From Epithemia pelagica (lineage: Eukaryota > Protista > Bacillariophyta), in contig OX337230.1 in NCBI GenBank assembly GCA_946965045.2, positions 62,001 to 126,000 of the forward strand: a stretch of DNA of 64,000 nucleotides, read 5' to 3'. The notes beneath the pieces are model-generated. The model saw only the letters and a list, made by a program, of their open reading frames with translations, was not told the origin of the DNA and did not search any database. Within the stretch, counting starts at the first letter, position 1, and every line of letters begins with the position of its first letter. The position numbers and the translations under genes were made by a program. Of this stretch, positions 47,401 to 59,697 are shown piece after piece.

Positions 47401-49241
47401 GAGCATTCCAGGAGCCCAAACACACGCACACAGACGAGGAGACGGAATAACCAAACGAGACACGTGTGAGAAACACCTTGGTTGTCTACCTCTAGACTAG
47501 CTCTCATCTCTCTCTCTCTACACCACACATATATAAGAACACACGTACGGCAATGCAGTTTGCAAATAGACATTCCAGGGAAGCAATCCCAACACGAGTC
47601 CGACCACCGACGACGAGAATTCTTCATCGCTCTTGTCCAAGACGGGTGTCAGGACCAAGGACTGTGGTTCCGTGTTGTTTTGCTGCCTTGGAGACGACAA
47701 GAGTGCCTCGTGGACCCAGTGGTCGACCGAGACAATGGGGGTCACCAGAAGCAGTGTGCTGGTGGATGGGAGGAGCGACAGGGATTGTAGGACCACTGGT
47801 TCGGCCAAGAGATTGTAATTGATGGAGACTTGTGGATTGTAGGGTGGGGGAGACGTCTTTTTATAATATATACAGTAGATGATTGCCGCCGCAGGATTCA
47901 GAGTGTCGTTTGGTATAAAGAGTGCCAACGAGGAACCAGAAGCATGAGAGAGACGACCCACGAATGAGACAGAAAGTCACCCAGGTGTTGTTGACCTATA
48001 CGTACCTGCCACATGGGCAAGAGCCATTGCACTGGATGGCTAGCATTCCCTGTAGGGGGAGACCACGTGGTGGTGGCGGGTCGTAAGGGAAGACGAGATG
48101 ACGACGACGACGAGAATTCAAAGACAAAGGGTGTAATGTCCGTGTCATTTTGGTCCAACGGTTCGTCCCACAACACGGAATGACTTGTGGCCATCCATTC
48201 GGGTGCCATTGTGGCCGAGTACATGTTCCAGTCGTGATTCTGGAACGGGACCGTCCCATTCGGGTCCGAAACAACGACAAGGGGAACCAAGGGTGCATAG
48301 ACCACGAGTTTGAGGCCCGTCTGGAGTCGAATCGCACCCGCTCGAAGTTCCCAATCGGGCAGAGTGACCCAGGGAACGGAGGAATCAGTCGTCAGATTGT
48401 GTTGGAGCTGTTGTTGTTGTTGCTGTTGCCATTGGCCATGTGCGGAAAGGGCTTGGCTCAGAGACTGGAGGGCCACGTGAATGTGGTCCATGCGTTGGGT
48501 GAGCACGGTACGTACATTCTCCACCAACAAGTTGTACTGTATGTGAGTGTGTGTACCAACACCAACACGTAATAACAAAGAGACCAAGCACCAAACAACA
48601 AGAACAATTAGAATCCTCATGAGAAAAATACAGGCACCCAAACAAAAGGTACCCATACCAAACCATGCTCTCGTTGTCTGTATGTCTTTGACGCACACAT
48701 TCTCTCTGTCTCTCTCTCTCGACAAAATCACACACACGCACACGCACACACATACAGTCGTGTCTGTACGTACACTGGTTTCAAAGGTATCGTCTTGTTG
48801 TTGGAGGAGGATCCAATAGGACCCAATGGCCGTCAGGGCCCCCGTCGCCAACAAGAGAGTCACGACCAAGATGCGCCATACCAATAGGATGGACTGCTGT
48901 CGCTGTTGCTGCGAGCGTGACACTCCCAACCACGACGACGAACCAGTCCGAGCAACAGCGGGAGACGACGCATGCTTTGAGTGTGTTGGAGGAGGCGTGG
49001 CAACCACATGGACCGTTCGTCGTCGTCGTCGTTTGCGACCGAGAGGACTCCAAAAGGGACTCTGCCAAGTTTGGTTCCGATGCGAGGCGAGAGGCAAAGT
49101 GGGTTCTTCGTCATCGTCATCGGAGGAGGAGGAAGAAGAAGATGCTTCCAAACGGGACGTTTCCTCCGGTACCGCATCGTCATCCTTCGTGCTGTTTTGG
49201 TTGTCGTGATGGTCCTGGAAGGAAGGACTGCGAATCATCAT
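44459..49241 (-). CDS. Membrane nucleotide cyclase-phosphodiesterase fusion B, multi-exon, no lesion found
   Basis: N-terminal TM (ILLVWRILVVTLLL), second TM (VVAGVVAAIFALMAVAFFMYD), cyclase (VLFADIAGFTAWS, VETVGDCY, FQLFGDTMNTASRMES), PDE (FHNFEHASHV, HDVDHTGVPN, IQASDVAHTMQH, WYQGEVGFF). Confidence 0.9.
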
Positions 49242-49906
49242 ATTGTTGTTCCACCGAACGCACGTGCAACGTAAAAGGAGGAAGAGGAGACTGTGGGGCG
49301 TACTAGTAGGGCAACGAAACAATGATCCACATTCGCCAGAGAGAGGGAATGAATCCACCAAACAACGATGAGTGCGTTCCGAGTCAAGAGCAAACGTGTT
49401 CTCCCCTTGTTTGTTTGCTTGCTTCCTTTCTCACAAAGTCTCCTCCCGGGAAACTACAAAGTTGCGCGCTTTCGTTCGTAGAGAGGCTCCTACTCGATTC
49501 GTTTTGGGGTATATCGTGCCAGCAACCAAAGAAGCGGACGACGCCAACACCACCATGGTCCTTGCGGTTCGTGCCAAGAAAAGGTTTCTGTTGTGTGCGC
49601 GTGTCCGTTGTTGTCCGTCATGTGCGTGTTGTGATCCGAGACAACCGGGCAGGCTTGGCTTTTTGTGACATGCCGGCGCATGACAGTCGATTCTTGAGGA
49701 CCGCGTCTCGGTCGCTGTAATACTAGGAGGACCGATCCGCGGATGGAAAAGATACGGAGGAGAAGATCCCCTACATCCTCCCAAATCGGTTGTTGGTTGT
49801 TGCTGTCTTGTACACCATTTGTTTGTTTGTTTGACCTCAAATGACAAACCGTCACAACATGAACAAGGCAACCGAAAAGAAGCCAGGAGTGGCTGCAGCC
49901 AACCAT

Positions 49907-51436
49907 ATGCTGGGTCCAGTCCATGGTGTTGTGGTGGTGTGGATCCTTTGCTACGCCATGACGACAACAACAACCGTTGTGGATGGCTTTTCGGTTCCCT
50001 CGTTTTCGGTTCGTCATGCTGTTGGGTCACCACACTTTGGAGGAGGACGACGGTCGGCATCCAGAACCACCATCACCACATGGCTCCGAGCGTACCCCAA
50101 TGGACAAGTACAAGGAGAACAGGACCCAGAGCCGAATCCAACCACCACTACTCCACGTTCTTCTTCGTCTTCTATGAATTTGGGCTTGCCCTTGGTGTGG
50201 ACCTTGCCACCCTTGGTCTCCTTGAGTAGTTTTGTCACCTTTTCGTGGACCGTTCACTTGTTTCATTCCGTCTTTCACGTCGTCGACAATGAATCGTCCT
50301 CCTCGCTCTTGTTGCCCATTTTGAATGGACCCATTTTGGGGGCCTGTTCCATCTTGTTTGCCACCCTGACCGCCATGACGATTGGAACCTTGTACAATCG
50401 ACAATTGCAAATTCGACAAGGTCTCGTCAATGAACTGGAAGAATTAAGACAATTGGCCTTGTACATTGCCAGTTTGACGCCGCCGCCAACGACAACAAAG
50501 ACCAGGACCAGGACCAATGGAAGTGACAATGATTTGGAGGATGATACGGATCAAACAGTCCTGGCACTCACCTTGGAGGCCCAACGACAAGCGACCTTGT
50601 ATTTGGAACAACATGTCCATCTCTTGTTGCAACGCGATACCCTCTTGGGCAAGCCACGGGAGGAAGAATCACTACTGGGACCACCGGACGATACGCAAGG
50701 ATGCATGATTCGAGCGTCCACGGCGATTCGAGACACGGGCATGGATCCCCTCACGTCCTTGCTCAATGACTTGTTGCATGCCAACAATGCCGCCCGAAGC
50801 GGCAAGGATGTCGTTCCGGATACCTTGGTCAGTCAAATGTATACCAGCATTCAACGCATTCATTCCTTTCGGAGTCAATTTCAAACCTTTTTGCAAACCA
50901 AATTTCCACCCATTCATTACATTATATTGGCCTGGTTGGCTCTGTGTTTGGCCACGATTTTCTTGTTGGAAACAGCCAGTGTGACGACCGCCAATGCCAA
51001 TGCCAGCACCAGCACCATGACCGTTCTCGAGTCCTGGTTTCGTGCCTCGACTAGTCGGATTCACATTGCCACTGTCCAACAAGAAGAGGAATTGCGAACC
51101 ATGTGGACCTTGTTGTGGACCGTCTTTGCCTTGATTGCCAGTGTCGTGTACGATTTGGCCACTCCCTTTACCGGAACCTATGTCATTTTTGCCTCGACAC
51201 GACCCCAAGAACAAGCCGTTCGACGATACGTCTTGGAACCCATTGATTCGTTGAGTCGTTCGAGTAGTTTTACGAGTCGACCGGCGCCACCACCCATTAC
51301 CAATGGATCCGCTGCCGCCTCTTCCTCTCTGGGTCTCGACACCCCTCCAGAGTCCTTGGTTCGTACGACTACTGCCATGGTACCACCCCAACAGCAACAG
51401 CCATCGCCACAAACCAATAATGAGGTACCCGAGTGA
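49907..51436 (+). CDS. Probable plastid membrane protein of the DUF4239/bestrophin-like type
   Basis: Signal peptide ending VVDG-F (ASAF-like) plus a transit-like region. Two pairs of TM helices with ILFATLTAMTIGTLYNRQ..IRQ.L..E and FPPIHY.ILA.L. Confidence 0.55.
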   Translation: MLGPVHGVVVVWILCYAMTTTTTVVDGFSVPSFSVRHAVGSPHFGGGRRSASRTTITTWLRAYPNGQVQGEQDPEPNPTTTTPRSSSSSMNLGLPLVWTLPPLVSLSSFVTFSWTVHLFHSVFHVVDNESSSSLLLPILNGPILGACSILFATLTAMTIGTLYNRQLQIRQGLVNELEELRQLALYIASLTPPPTTTKTRTRTNGSDNDLEDDTDQTVLALTLEAQRQATLYLEQHVHLLLQRDTLLGKPREEESLLGPPDDTQGCMIRASTAIRDTGMDPLTSLLNDLLHANNAARSGKDVVPDTLVSQMYTSIQRIHSFRSQFQTFLQTKFPPIHYIILAWLALCLATIFLLETASVTTANANASTSTMTVLESWFRASTSRIHIATVQQEEELRTMWTLLWTVFALIASVVYDLATPFTGTYVIFASTRPQEQAVRRYVLEPIDSLSRSSSFTSRPAPPPITNGSAAASSSLGLDTPPESLVRTTTAMVPPQQQQPSPQTNNEVPE

Positions 51437-51577
51437 AACAAGAGACCCAGTCGACCATCCTTTGCGCACGAGCATCGCATGTGCAGTGGTTGCGACTGCC
51501 ACAAAGGGAAGAACAAACGCAACAAACGCCAACCTACCTAGTAGAAGAACACCTCGGAAAATTACTTGCATCATCGC

Positions 51578-52360
51578 ATGCAAGACATGGCCGCTCAAAC
51601 CATTGCCCAACAACAGCAGCCACAAAAGAACCAGACTCGCACCAACAACTTTTCGGCCTTGGTGGACCAGCAGCAAACCAAGAAGCCCATGGAAGAGGGT
51701 CAAACGGCGCGAGATCTCTTGACCTTGTACAAGCAGTCCTTGGAAGAACACAAGGCCAGTATTGTACCGGGCAATGAATTGGCCTTGTACCATCGCGTGG
51801 CCAACTATGTGGCGAGCAATCCCATTCGGGCCTTGGCGGCCTTGGCCGTACCCTCGGTGGGTCTTATTTTCTATGGCCAAACCGGTCAACAACATTTGCA
51901 AATGTCGGTCAAACTCTTGCACACCCGAGTGTTTGGACAATTCACCACGCTGGTTTGTAAGTATCTTGGTTTGCTTGGATGTGCAGTTTGTCAATGCCAC
52001 TGTGTGACTCATGCTCTCTGGCTTGTATCGTTTGTATTGCTTTTGGTCATTTATTTATGTTGTTTTGTTTTGTAATACATTAGTGCTCATGTCCATATGG
52101 GCTTTAAGGATTACATGGACCGTCATGGCAACTTTATTACCGAAGTGGAAGCCACTCGTCGGCAACAAGAATTGGCCGATATTCGACGACAAGTCTTGGA
52201 ACGCCTAGAGGTGGAACATGCCCAAAAAGTAGAAAAAGATGCCGTCTTGTACCAACAAGTCGCCACGAGCACGACGCGCAAACCAGCCGCCACACCACCC
52301 GCCATGGTTGTACAAGCCTCGGCTGTGTCCACCGATGCCGCCACGGCCAATGCGCACTAA
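51578..52360 (+). CDS. HIG1/Rcf1-like mitochondrial membrane protein; possible 1-nt deletion at about 52096
   Basis: PIRALAALAVPSVGLIF and SVKLLHTRVFGQF match the HIG1 pattern. Intron at about 51956-52083. Exon 2 continues MGFKDYMD but is one base out of frame with the best donor. Confidence 0.6.
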
Positions 52361-52859
52361 ACCACCCAAACCAAACCGACCGAGCAAAAAAAAAAAACAG
52401 TACAAACAATACCTCTTTTTTTCTCCCGTGGACATGTGGCACATTCGTATTCACAAGCAATGATCATTCTTTGGTCCTCTCGCTCCACATGTCGTCTCTC
52501 CTAATGTATCAATATAGATCGTTTTCTACTTGCATCATTGCAGTTACGCTACTTCTATCCTGGTCATTTGCTACCGTGAATGATACTTTCGAGACGTTCT
52601 AGAAAAAAAATATGGCACTAGTGATGACAACGTGACAGAATATAAAAAATGCACCACTGTGCCCCTTGTCGTTGCTTCATCATCCTGAGAGTCAGCATTT
52701 GACACAGTCCAGCCATGTGGACTCTGTTCCTTCATGGACCGGCCCTCCAAATGGGAATGGATGTTGCGCGTAATACCAGGTGTCTGGTTTTCAGTTCGAC
52801 ACCCCCCAAACGAGGAAACCGACACGCCAAAACGTGTGTATATCTGTCTGTATGTAGCA

Positions 52860-53856
52860 TTACCGCAATTGTCCCGAATCGGCAATGACCACTGGAACTC
52901 GTGTCTTGCCGGAATCACTTCCGACTTGTTCCATGGCACTCACGACATCCAACCCGGACAGGACCTTGCCAAAGACGACATGTTTGCCATTTAACCAGGG
53001 AGCGGCTTGAAAACACAAAAAAAATTGCGATCCATTGGTATTCGGACCGGCATTGGCCATGCTCAAGATTCCCGGTCCCGTATGTTGCAAGACAAAATTC
53101 TCATCGGCAAATTTGGACCCATAAATCGATTCTCCTCCCGTTCCATTGCCCCGCGTAAAATCGCCGCCCTGGGCCATGAATCCAGGAATCTGTATGTGCA
53201 TACACATCACAATCATAGAATACCCCAAAACGAGAATTAAATTCAGAACCCAAAAAACACCAGTGTGTCACGATCATGCCCATTGTGCATAGAGAGTGGA
53301 TGTGCCTTGTTTCATTCTCCACAACATTCTTCATGGCTGGAACTACGTACCACTCGATGAAAGGCACTGCCTTTGAAATGAAGGAGTTTTCCCGAACGAC
53401 CGACACCCTTTTCACCCTAATATAGAAGAAAACCAACCAGTATAATATCAGACTTTTTCATCCTCCTGCAGGTTCCACTACAAGGAGGTAGAAACAAGGT
53501 TTGTTGTGGCACAAGTAGTCAGTATGGCGTACCGTACAGAGACACCGAAAGTTTTCAGCCGTTTGGGGGGCCACATCGGCTCGCAATTCCATTTCAATTC
53601 GGCCCTAAAAGCAAGAAAAGAGAAGGTGTGGTGTGAGAGATGTGGACACTCGATTCGTAGTGGGACGGTCCACTCTCTCGGAACAGAGACAGTTCATGCC
53701 AAAACAGCAGTGCCTGTACCGTCAGTCGACAACAACCAGGAGCAAGAGAGGTTGTCATTTGTCATTCGCGCTTTGTGTTTGTCTTGTGGTTCCTACCTTG
53801 GGAGACCCACTGATGCTAATATCAAAGAAAACCACTGGATTGGTCGACTCTCCCAT
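52860..53856 (-). CDS. Cytosolic-type cyclophilin (peptidyl-prolyl isomerase), 4 exons
   Basis: Exons read [10 protein letters not shown] / [24 protein letters not shown] / [22 protein letters not shown] / [24 protein letters not shown]...[28 protein letters not shown]. Confidence 0.96.
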
Positions 53857-54325
53857 GGTGGTTGGTTTTTGTCTCAATGATTGGAAAGAATGAAAGATGA
53901 GACAAACGAGCCACCGAAAAGAGGATCGCAAAAGATCGCTCTATTCTTGGAAAAAATTGTTTGACCGCGATGATGATCGGGGTATCTTTTGGTCGCGTTT
54001 CAACGCCGCGTAACGGTCGCTCTTAAGTAGGACGATAGACGGCCAGACCTCCTCATTCGTTGCGTGGTGTCTGTACTGGGTGGAGTGACGTGGCCGATGC
54101 TGGCCAGACTCCGCGACCGACAACAGAGGTGCGACTGCTCCGCCTCCTCGACGCGAGGCGAGCATCCGATTTGATTCCCACAATCGGAAGTTTTAGGATG
54201 ACCCTGAAGCAGAGTCGTTGGAGCGTGAGAAGAGCTCACTCTTCTTGGGTTCAGCATCTTTGCAACGACTACGAGACAAGTTCGAGATCGCAACGATACT
54301 AGTAAGCTAATCTTCTGAGTTTACC

Positions 54326-57136
54326 TTGTTCATCAGGACTTTTACCGGTTCCAACCCTTTCCTTGAGGATCTCTTTGGTAAGACGCCGACGTCGACGAAA
54401 GGATCTGATCCCCCTTCTCCTTCTTCGTCTGCTCCCGCGGCGGCGGCGGTTGTCTCCCAACCCGATGATTCGAATGGCGATCGCAAGCCTTCCGCCTCCG
54501 ACAAGTCTTCCCTCAAGGATCACCATGCTAAAGCTGATGACTCTTCGGTGGATTCTGACGCTGACCTCCAAGAACAAGCCTTCTTGGATGCTGTTACCTC
54601 CTCCAAGTCCAAGTTCCTGTCCAAGTCTGACAACAAGAAGCTTAAGGCTCCGCCTCCTCCGGTTCGCAAGTCTTCCACATCCTGCTCCGATGAAGATGCT
54701 CCTCCAAGTGCCCTTGATAAGGATGATTTCATCCTTGTCGACGACAAGGATGGTGACGACGTCGACAACGACAATCCGTCGTCCTCTCTCCGTGCAGGCG
54801 CCTACCGCCATGAGTTCTACTTTACGCAGGACTTCCATTCGCTTGGAGACAAAGCCTTGGAACATATCTTCTCAAAGTTGACAAAAGTCGACCCGATCGA
54901 CTGGTGCGACTCTTTTCTCCAGCCATTTCACGTCACTCTTTCTCGGGACCCTACCTTGTGGTCGCAGGTGTGCTCCAGCTTTAACCGTCTATCCTCCTCC
55001 GACGATCTCCATGTTTGGCTGACCTCGAAGATGAAGAGCCACCCACTGGCATTCCTTGGTTTGTCTCGCAATGGACGCCCCTTCCTCTTCCACAACATCT
55101 GCTGCCCTGCAGATTGTGGAACGTTCGTGGATCCTCAAGCGACATTCTATGGTCTTGACCGAATCTCATTCGAGTCTCCGCCCTTTCAGATCGACAGTGA
55201 CGACATTCCCCTTTTGTTGTCCGAATATGTTTTCCCTAATGTTCCGACCTTTGCCGAGATCCTTGAACATTGTGTTGTTGAGATCGACGATTTCTCTGAT
55301 TCTTCGTCCGTTCCCCATCTCTCATTTGATCCCTCCAAGTTCAAGACCTTCACCGTAGCTTCCTCCTCCGACACTGGCTCGAAGTCTGACAGTGAATTTC
55401 TATGCTCAAGTTTGTGTCTTCTTCCTCCATGCTTGTCTGGTCTGATGCTCCACAATACTGACCGTTCGAGCCAAGACATTACCGTGTCATTCGAAGATAT
55501 TGCAAGTGGATTGTATAAAGTGCCTTTGTTTCACTGGTGGGAAGCCTCCAGAGATCTGTCCCCAGAGTCCAAGAAGTTAGGTATGCCGATCGATTACCCT
55601 CTTCTCCAGATCCAGGAACCAATCATTCGTTTTTTGTGGATTGTTCTCCATCGTCCGAAGAATCCCAAGCTACAGTCTGTCTTCCCATCCATCCCTGCAG
55701 ACCCACAGAAAGCGAATACTACATTGTTGGATCATCGTTCTCGAATCTTTCCCAAAAACGATTCGCACCCACAAGAACAGTCCTCTGTCCCTCGACGCCC
55801 ATCCCTTCGTCGGTCCTCCTCAAGTGTGCGCTTTTGGTCACCATCACCGGTTGATTGTTTGCCTCTTCCAGACTCTTCACAATTGCGTGACCGTTCTTCT
55901 CCTCAAGGCGGCGTTCGCATGTTGGACGATGAAGGCAACGTTCATTTCGTCTCTCCCGAAATGTTCTTGCTCTCAAAATGTATCAAAGAAGTTACTTCCA
56001 AGAAGAGTGGAAATGAGGACGATATCACTGCTCCAGAGTCCAAGAGCATGTTTAGGGACATGCCCTTGAATGCCCAAAAACAATTACGTCTGGGATCAAT
56101 TACCCCAAAGGCAACATCTCTCCCGGACGAACTGTCTCCGATCATCAAGATTGTTTGGAAGTCAAAGAATTCAGCGACATTCTTTGAGTCTTTCCTTGCA
56201 GAAGTGTTCGACCCATCCGACAATGCGTGCACAATCCTTTTCGGCCAATGCACTGTGATCCAACGACTTGGATTGCGTTGGAAATTGGAGGCTTGTCCTG
56301 GTGGCTTCAGCCCCTTTTCATTCGACCCGTACGCAATTCCGGGGCTATATTCAAACAACACCTTGGACAAGAATATTCGCCAGCAAATCCACGACGCTTC
56401 CTTATGTCATCTCAATGACATGAAGCAGTCAAAGGAGATGCAGCAACTTTACTCGGACCACAACTTGTTCTTCCCAAGAACCGCCGATGAATTCGAAAAA
56501 CAACTTCGTTCCTTTTGGGCTTGTGCAAAAGGACTTTGCGGTGCCTCTTCAGCAATTGCGAACCAGATCCTCAAAGTCTTGAACTTTTATCATCAGTTTC
56601 GCACCAAGATCATGGCCAAACAACAAAGCTCTGGCTACGATTTTTATTTCGGCCAATTTCTGTTTGCCATCGACGAGGCCGTCCAAGAATTCGTCTCTAC
56701 CCTTTCGAGTGCATCATCCATTGGAGACGTGGGATTCCGGGACTTTGAAGAGCGAGTGAATTGGATTCTTTTCACCGTCAAGACTGGTTCGACCTTAGTC
56801 TCTCTTCCACCAGCTCTCCAAGCCAAATTCCAAGCAAACCAACAGAAGAATTCCCAGAAGAAACGATCCGGTGGCTTTGATGACGGTTCCCCGAGCTCCA
56901 AGCGACAACAAAATTCTTCCTCGTCGAATTCTGAGACCACCAAGACCCCCATCACTTTCGATTCTCCTTCCAATTGGCGGATTCCCGAGAATGCGAATTA
57001 TATGCGTGTCTTTCCCCCAAGCGTTCTCACAAACATCCCATTCGTCGAAAAGAACAACAAGAAACAACATTTCTGCAATATTCTTTTCACCAAAGGGTGT
57101 TCGCTGCTCGGTCATTGGTCAACAAGGCGAACCTGA
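54326..57136 (+). mobile_element. 936-codon intronless ORF, probably ORF1/gag of a truncated retroelement
   Basis: No introns or microsatellite tracts, unlike host genes; acidic/Ser-rich N-terminus; ends in a broken Cys motif (HFCNILFTKGC); first in-frame ATG only at 55031; lies next to a Copia element. No RT ORF follows. Confidence 0.45.
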
Positions 57137-57889
57137 CAGCCTTGCTTGGCTTGTTGATGGCGTTAATACAGCGCTATTTGTTCTCCAAAGTGCAATTTTT
57201 GCTTTTGGACACGTTTGATATGCATTCGAAAAGCAAACAAGGTGGCAACTGGTCCCACATATGGTGGTTCGATACACCTCGTGGCTCGAAAATCTCAACG
57301 CAACTGTCGTGCGATTGAGGATTTGGATGCACTCGATGCAGCCAAAACGAAGTGTGATCAAGAAGCTATTGCCAACAACTCCAAGTCTTTGGAAGCGATC
57401 ATGGGTCGAATGATCAAACAGAATCTAGACGAACATCCTGCCACGACGGAGGCAACAACACAAGAAACCTTTTTGCAGTTGCCAACATGGTGCAGTCATT
57501 TTGCCAAGGCCATTGTCGGAACTTTCTCCCCCCTCGTCTCCCACACGATCCGTGGCCAAGCCTCCCATGTCACCAATCGTTCGCCACGATCTTGACATTG
57601 CCAATTATATGCCGTGACAACCATTGAGTTGCCCGAAGGTCCCACTACCACCACCACCGACGACGAAGCATCTTCTACTAGGGCCGCTCGAGAGTTGGAT
57701 CGAACGTTCCCAGACTCTCTTCTTGCACTTCTTGGGTAGGAATTCCACCGGCTCCGAAAGGAATCAATCGGTCCAATCAATCACGTGAGACAAAACACCA
57801 CCAACAACAACAACTACAACGCAAAACCACCTCTGGCACATGGTTGTTGTTGTTTATCACGTCAAAGAGTTGTTTTGCTTTTCCTGTGG

Positions 57890-58510
57890 CTGGTCACTGT
57901 TTCTCCTGCTGTTTTGAGCTCCCACGTGTCACCTAAAAGATGAGGCGTCGTTTGGCTGTTGTGTCATGGATGACACGAACACAAAACTGCTGAGTGTCGA
58001 GACTGATCAACAATCGCAGATACAACAAGACACGATTTTGGACTTACCCTTTGGTGATGCATAGGAGGGTCGTTGTGATGGAGAGTCTCGCGTCTCGCAG
58101 TCGTTGCGGAACAGAAAGAACCCACGGTGGAGGGGACGGAGACAAGACTGGAAAATCGAGCGAGAATGGGTTTGGCAGCTGTTCTGGAAGGGATGGCAAC
58201 GACAACAACAACAAGGCTCTAGGGGGATGGTGGGAATCCTTCCTTGGATGGGTGTCATTTGTTTGTCTTGGCACTGGGAGGCCAATCGTTGTCGTTTTCG
58301 TTCTTGTTGTTGTTGTTTGGAGAGCTTCAAGGCACGTTTCACCATGGCCCGTGTTCTGTTCCAACAACGAGAAGAATGCCTGGTACTCTGTGCCATGGTT
58401 ATTGCATTGATACTGTCATGGATTGATTGGCTGCACTTTTCCCTCGAGGGGGTTGGTTGTGTTTCCTGTTTTGTTCCAGTGCTCGTTGTTTTTGTTGGTT
58501 CGGCCCGAAA
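57890..58510 (-). other. Copy B of the duplicated small gene (paralog of 7590-8210)
   Basis: Inverted near-identical copy with the same donor/acceptor pair. It begins about 25 bp downstream of the Copia 3' end. Confidence 0.8.
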
Positions 58511-58532
58511 GAAATCGCTCATAACATGGCGG

Positions 58533-58683
58533 TGTACTCACTAGCTTAGGGGTAACTCAGGATTTCATGCAAAAGAGTGACCATACCGGCCAAGGACTAA
58601 GGGATAAGCATTATCGCTAGATTCAAGGTATATCGCCAGTGCGCGTCGGCCTCGCTGGGCGGAACGCCTGCCATCTCGTGACA
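58533..58683 (-). repeat. Putative 3' LTR (about 151 bp)
   Basis: Begins TGT and ends ACA, about 60 bp after the RNase H stop, and is preceded by a purine-rich tract (gaggggaccgaaaga). The 5' LTR is outside the window, so this is unconfirmed. Confidence 0.4.
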
Positions 58684-58743
58684 GGAATCTTTCGGTCCCC
58701 TCGGAGATGTGATGCCTAGGCCTCATAGATTCGATGTCGTAAA

Positions 58744-59697
58744 TCAATAGCTGAACCGATTCAACAAATGATCACGTCGCTTCTCTGGCAGAGGTTTGGT
58801 GAAAAGATCAGATAGGTTGGTCAGCGTCCCCTCCTTGGCTACTCGCATGGTTTTAGCAGCCACGGCCTCTCGGGCCCTGTGGTAACAGATGGACGTGTGC
58901 TTTTTCTTCAACGTTGACTCAGGTATTGTCGTGTTTTTGAAGACAGACTCGTTGTCACAAAACACGTTCGTTGGTCCTTCTATCGGGATTCCGAACATTC
59001 GGAGTTTATAGCGCAGTGCTTCAATATGTTCCACGGCCGTTCTCATCGCGATAAACTCGCTTCCGAAGGTACTCGTCTCGACGGTATTCTGCCGTTTACT
59101 GTACCAGACGATTGGAGCCCGATTGACAAACAACAATAAACCTGTCTGCGACCGCCGAGTGACCTTGTTTGATGCGTGATCGGCATCTACAAAACAATGG
59201 GTAGATACTGGGTGGCCACGTGGTTCAGGCATGTCCCCAGGAATGGATTCCTTGGCATCTCTGTAAAAGTCGTACCAATCATATTGGCTAAAGCACCGCT
59301 CATCGATATCTGGGTGCATCGGGTCAAACCACAAGCGTCTCTTTGGGAACGCTTTCAGATACCCAAACATTGCATATGCTTGCTGCAGATGGCCTTCTCG
59401 TGGCATCGCGAGATATGTTGACATCATTGACGTCTCCAATAGGACATCAACTCGTCCTAGTTCCACTGCCCACCGAAGGATCCCGATAAGTTCTTGGAAC
59501 TTCTGAATCCCGTCTGCTTTGAGCTCCGGGCTGGTGTCGTTTTCAGGCCTATAGCCGTATGAGAGTGGTGTCCGGCAACCAGTAGGGAGACGCTGTCCCT
59601 TTTCAGCAAGTTGCTTTTCAATGTTTTCAATAGCGGCACGAACGTACCATCGACATCGTCCCAAGTTCTGCCCCGAGATACATCTCGGGCGGCTCAA
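58744..59697 (-). pseudogene. Copia RT C-terminus plus RNase H, frameshifted from pol
   Basis: FQELIGILRWAVELGRVD, FVDADHA, WYSKRQNTVETSTFGSEF, FCDNESV, NLSDLFTKPL. Confidence 0.9.

Noticed and set aside
50672-52012. 446-aa minus-strand ORF
   Set aside because: Antisense to two better-supported plus-strand genes; no motifs.
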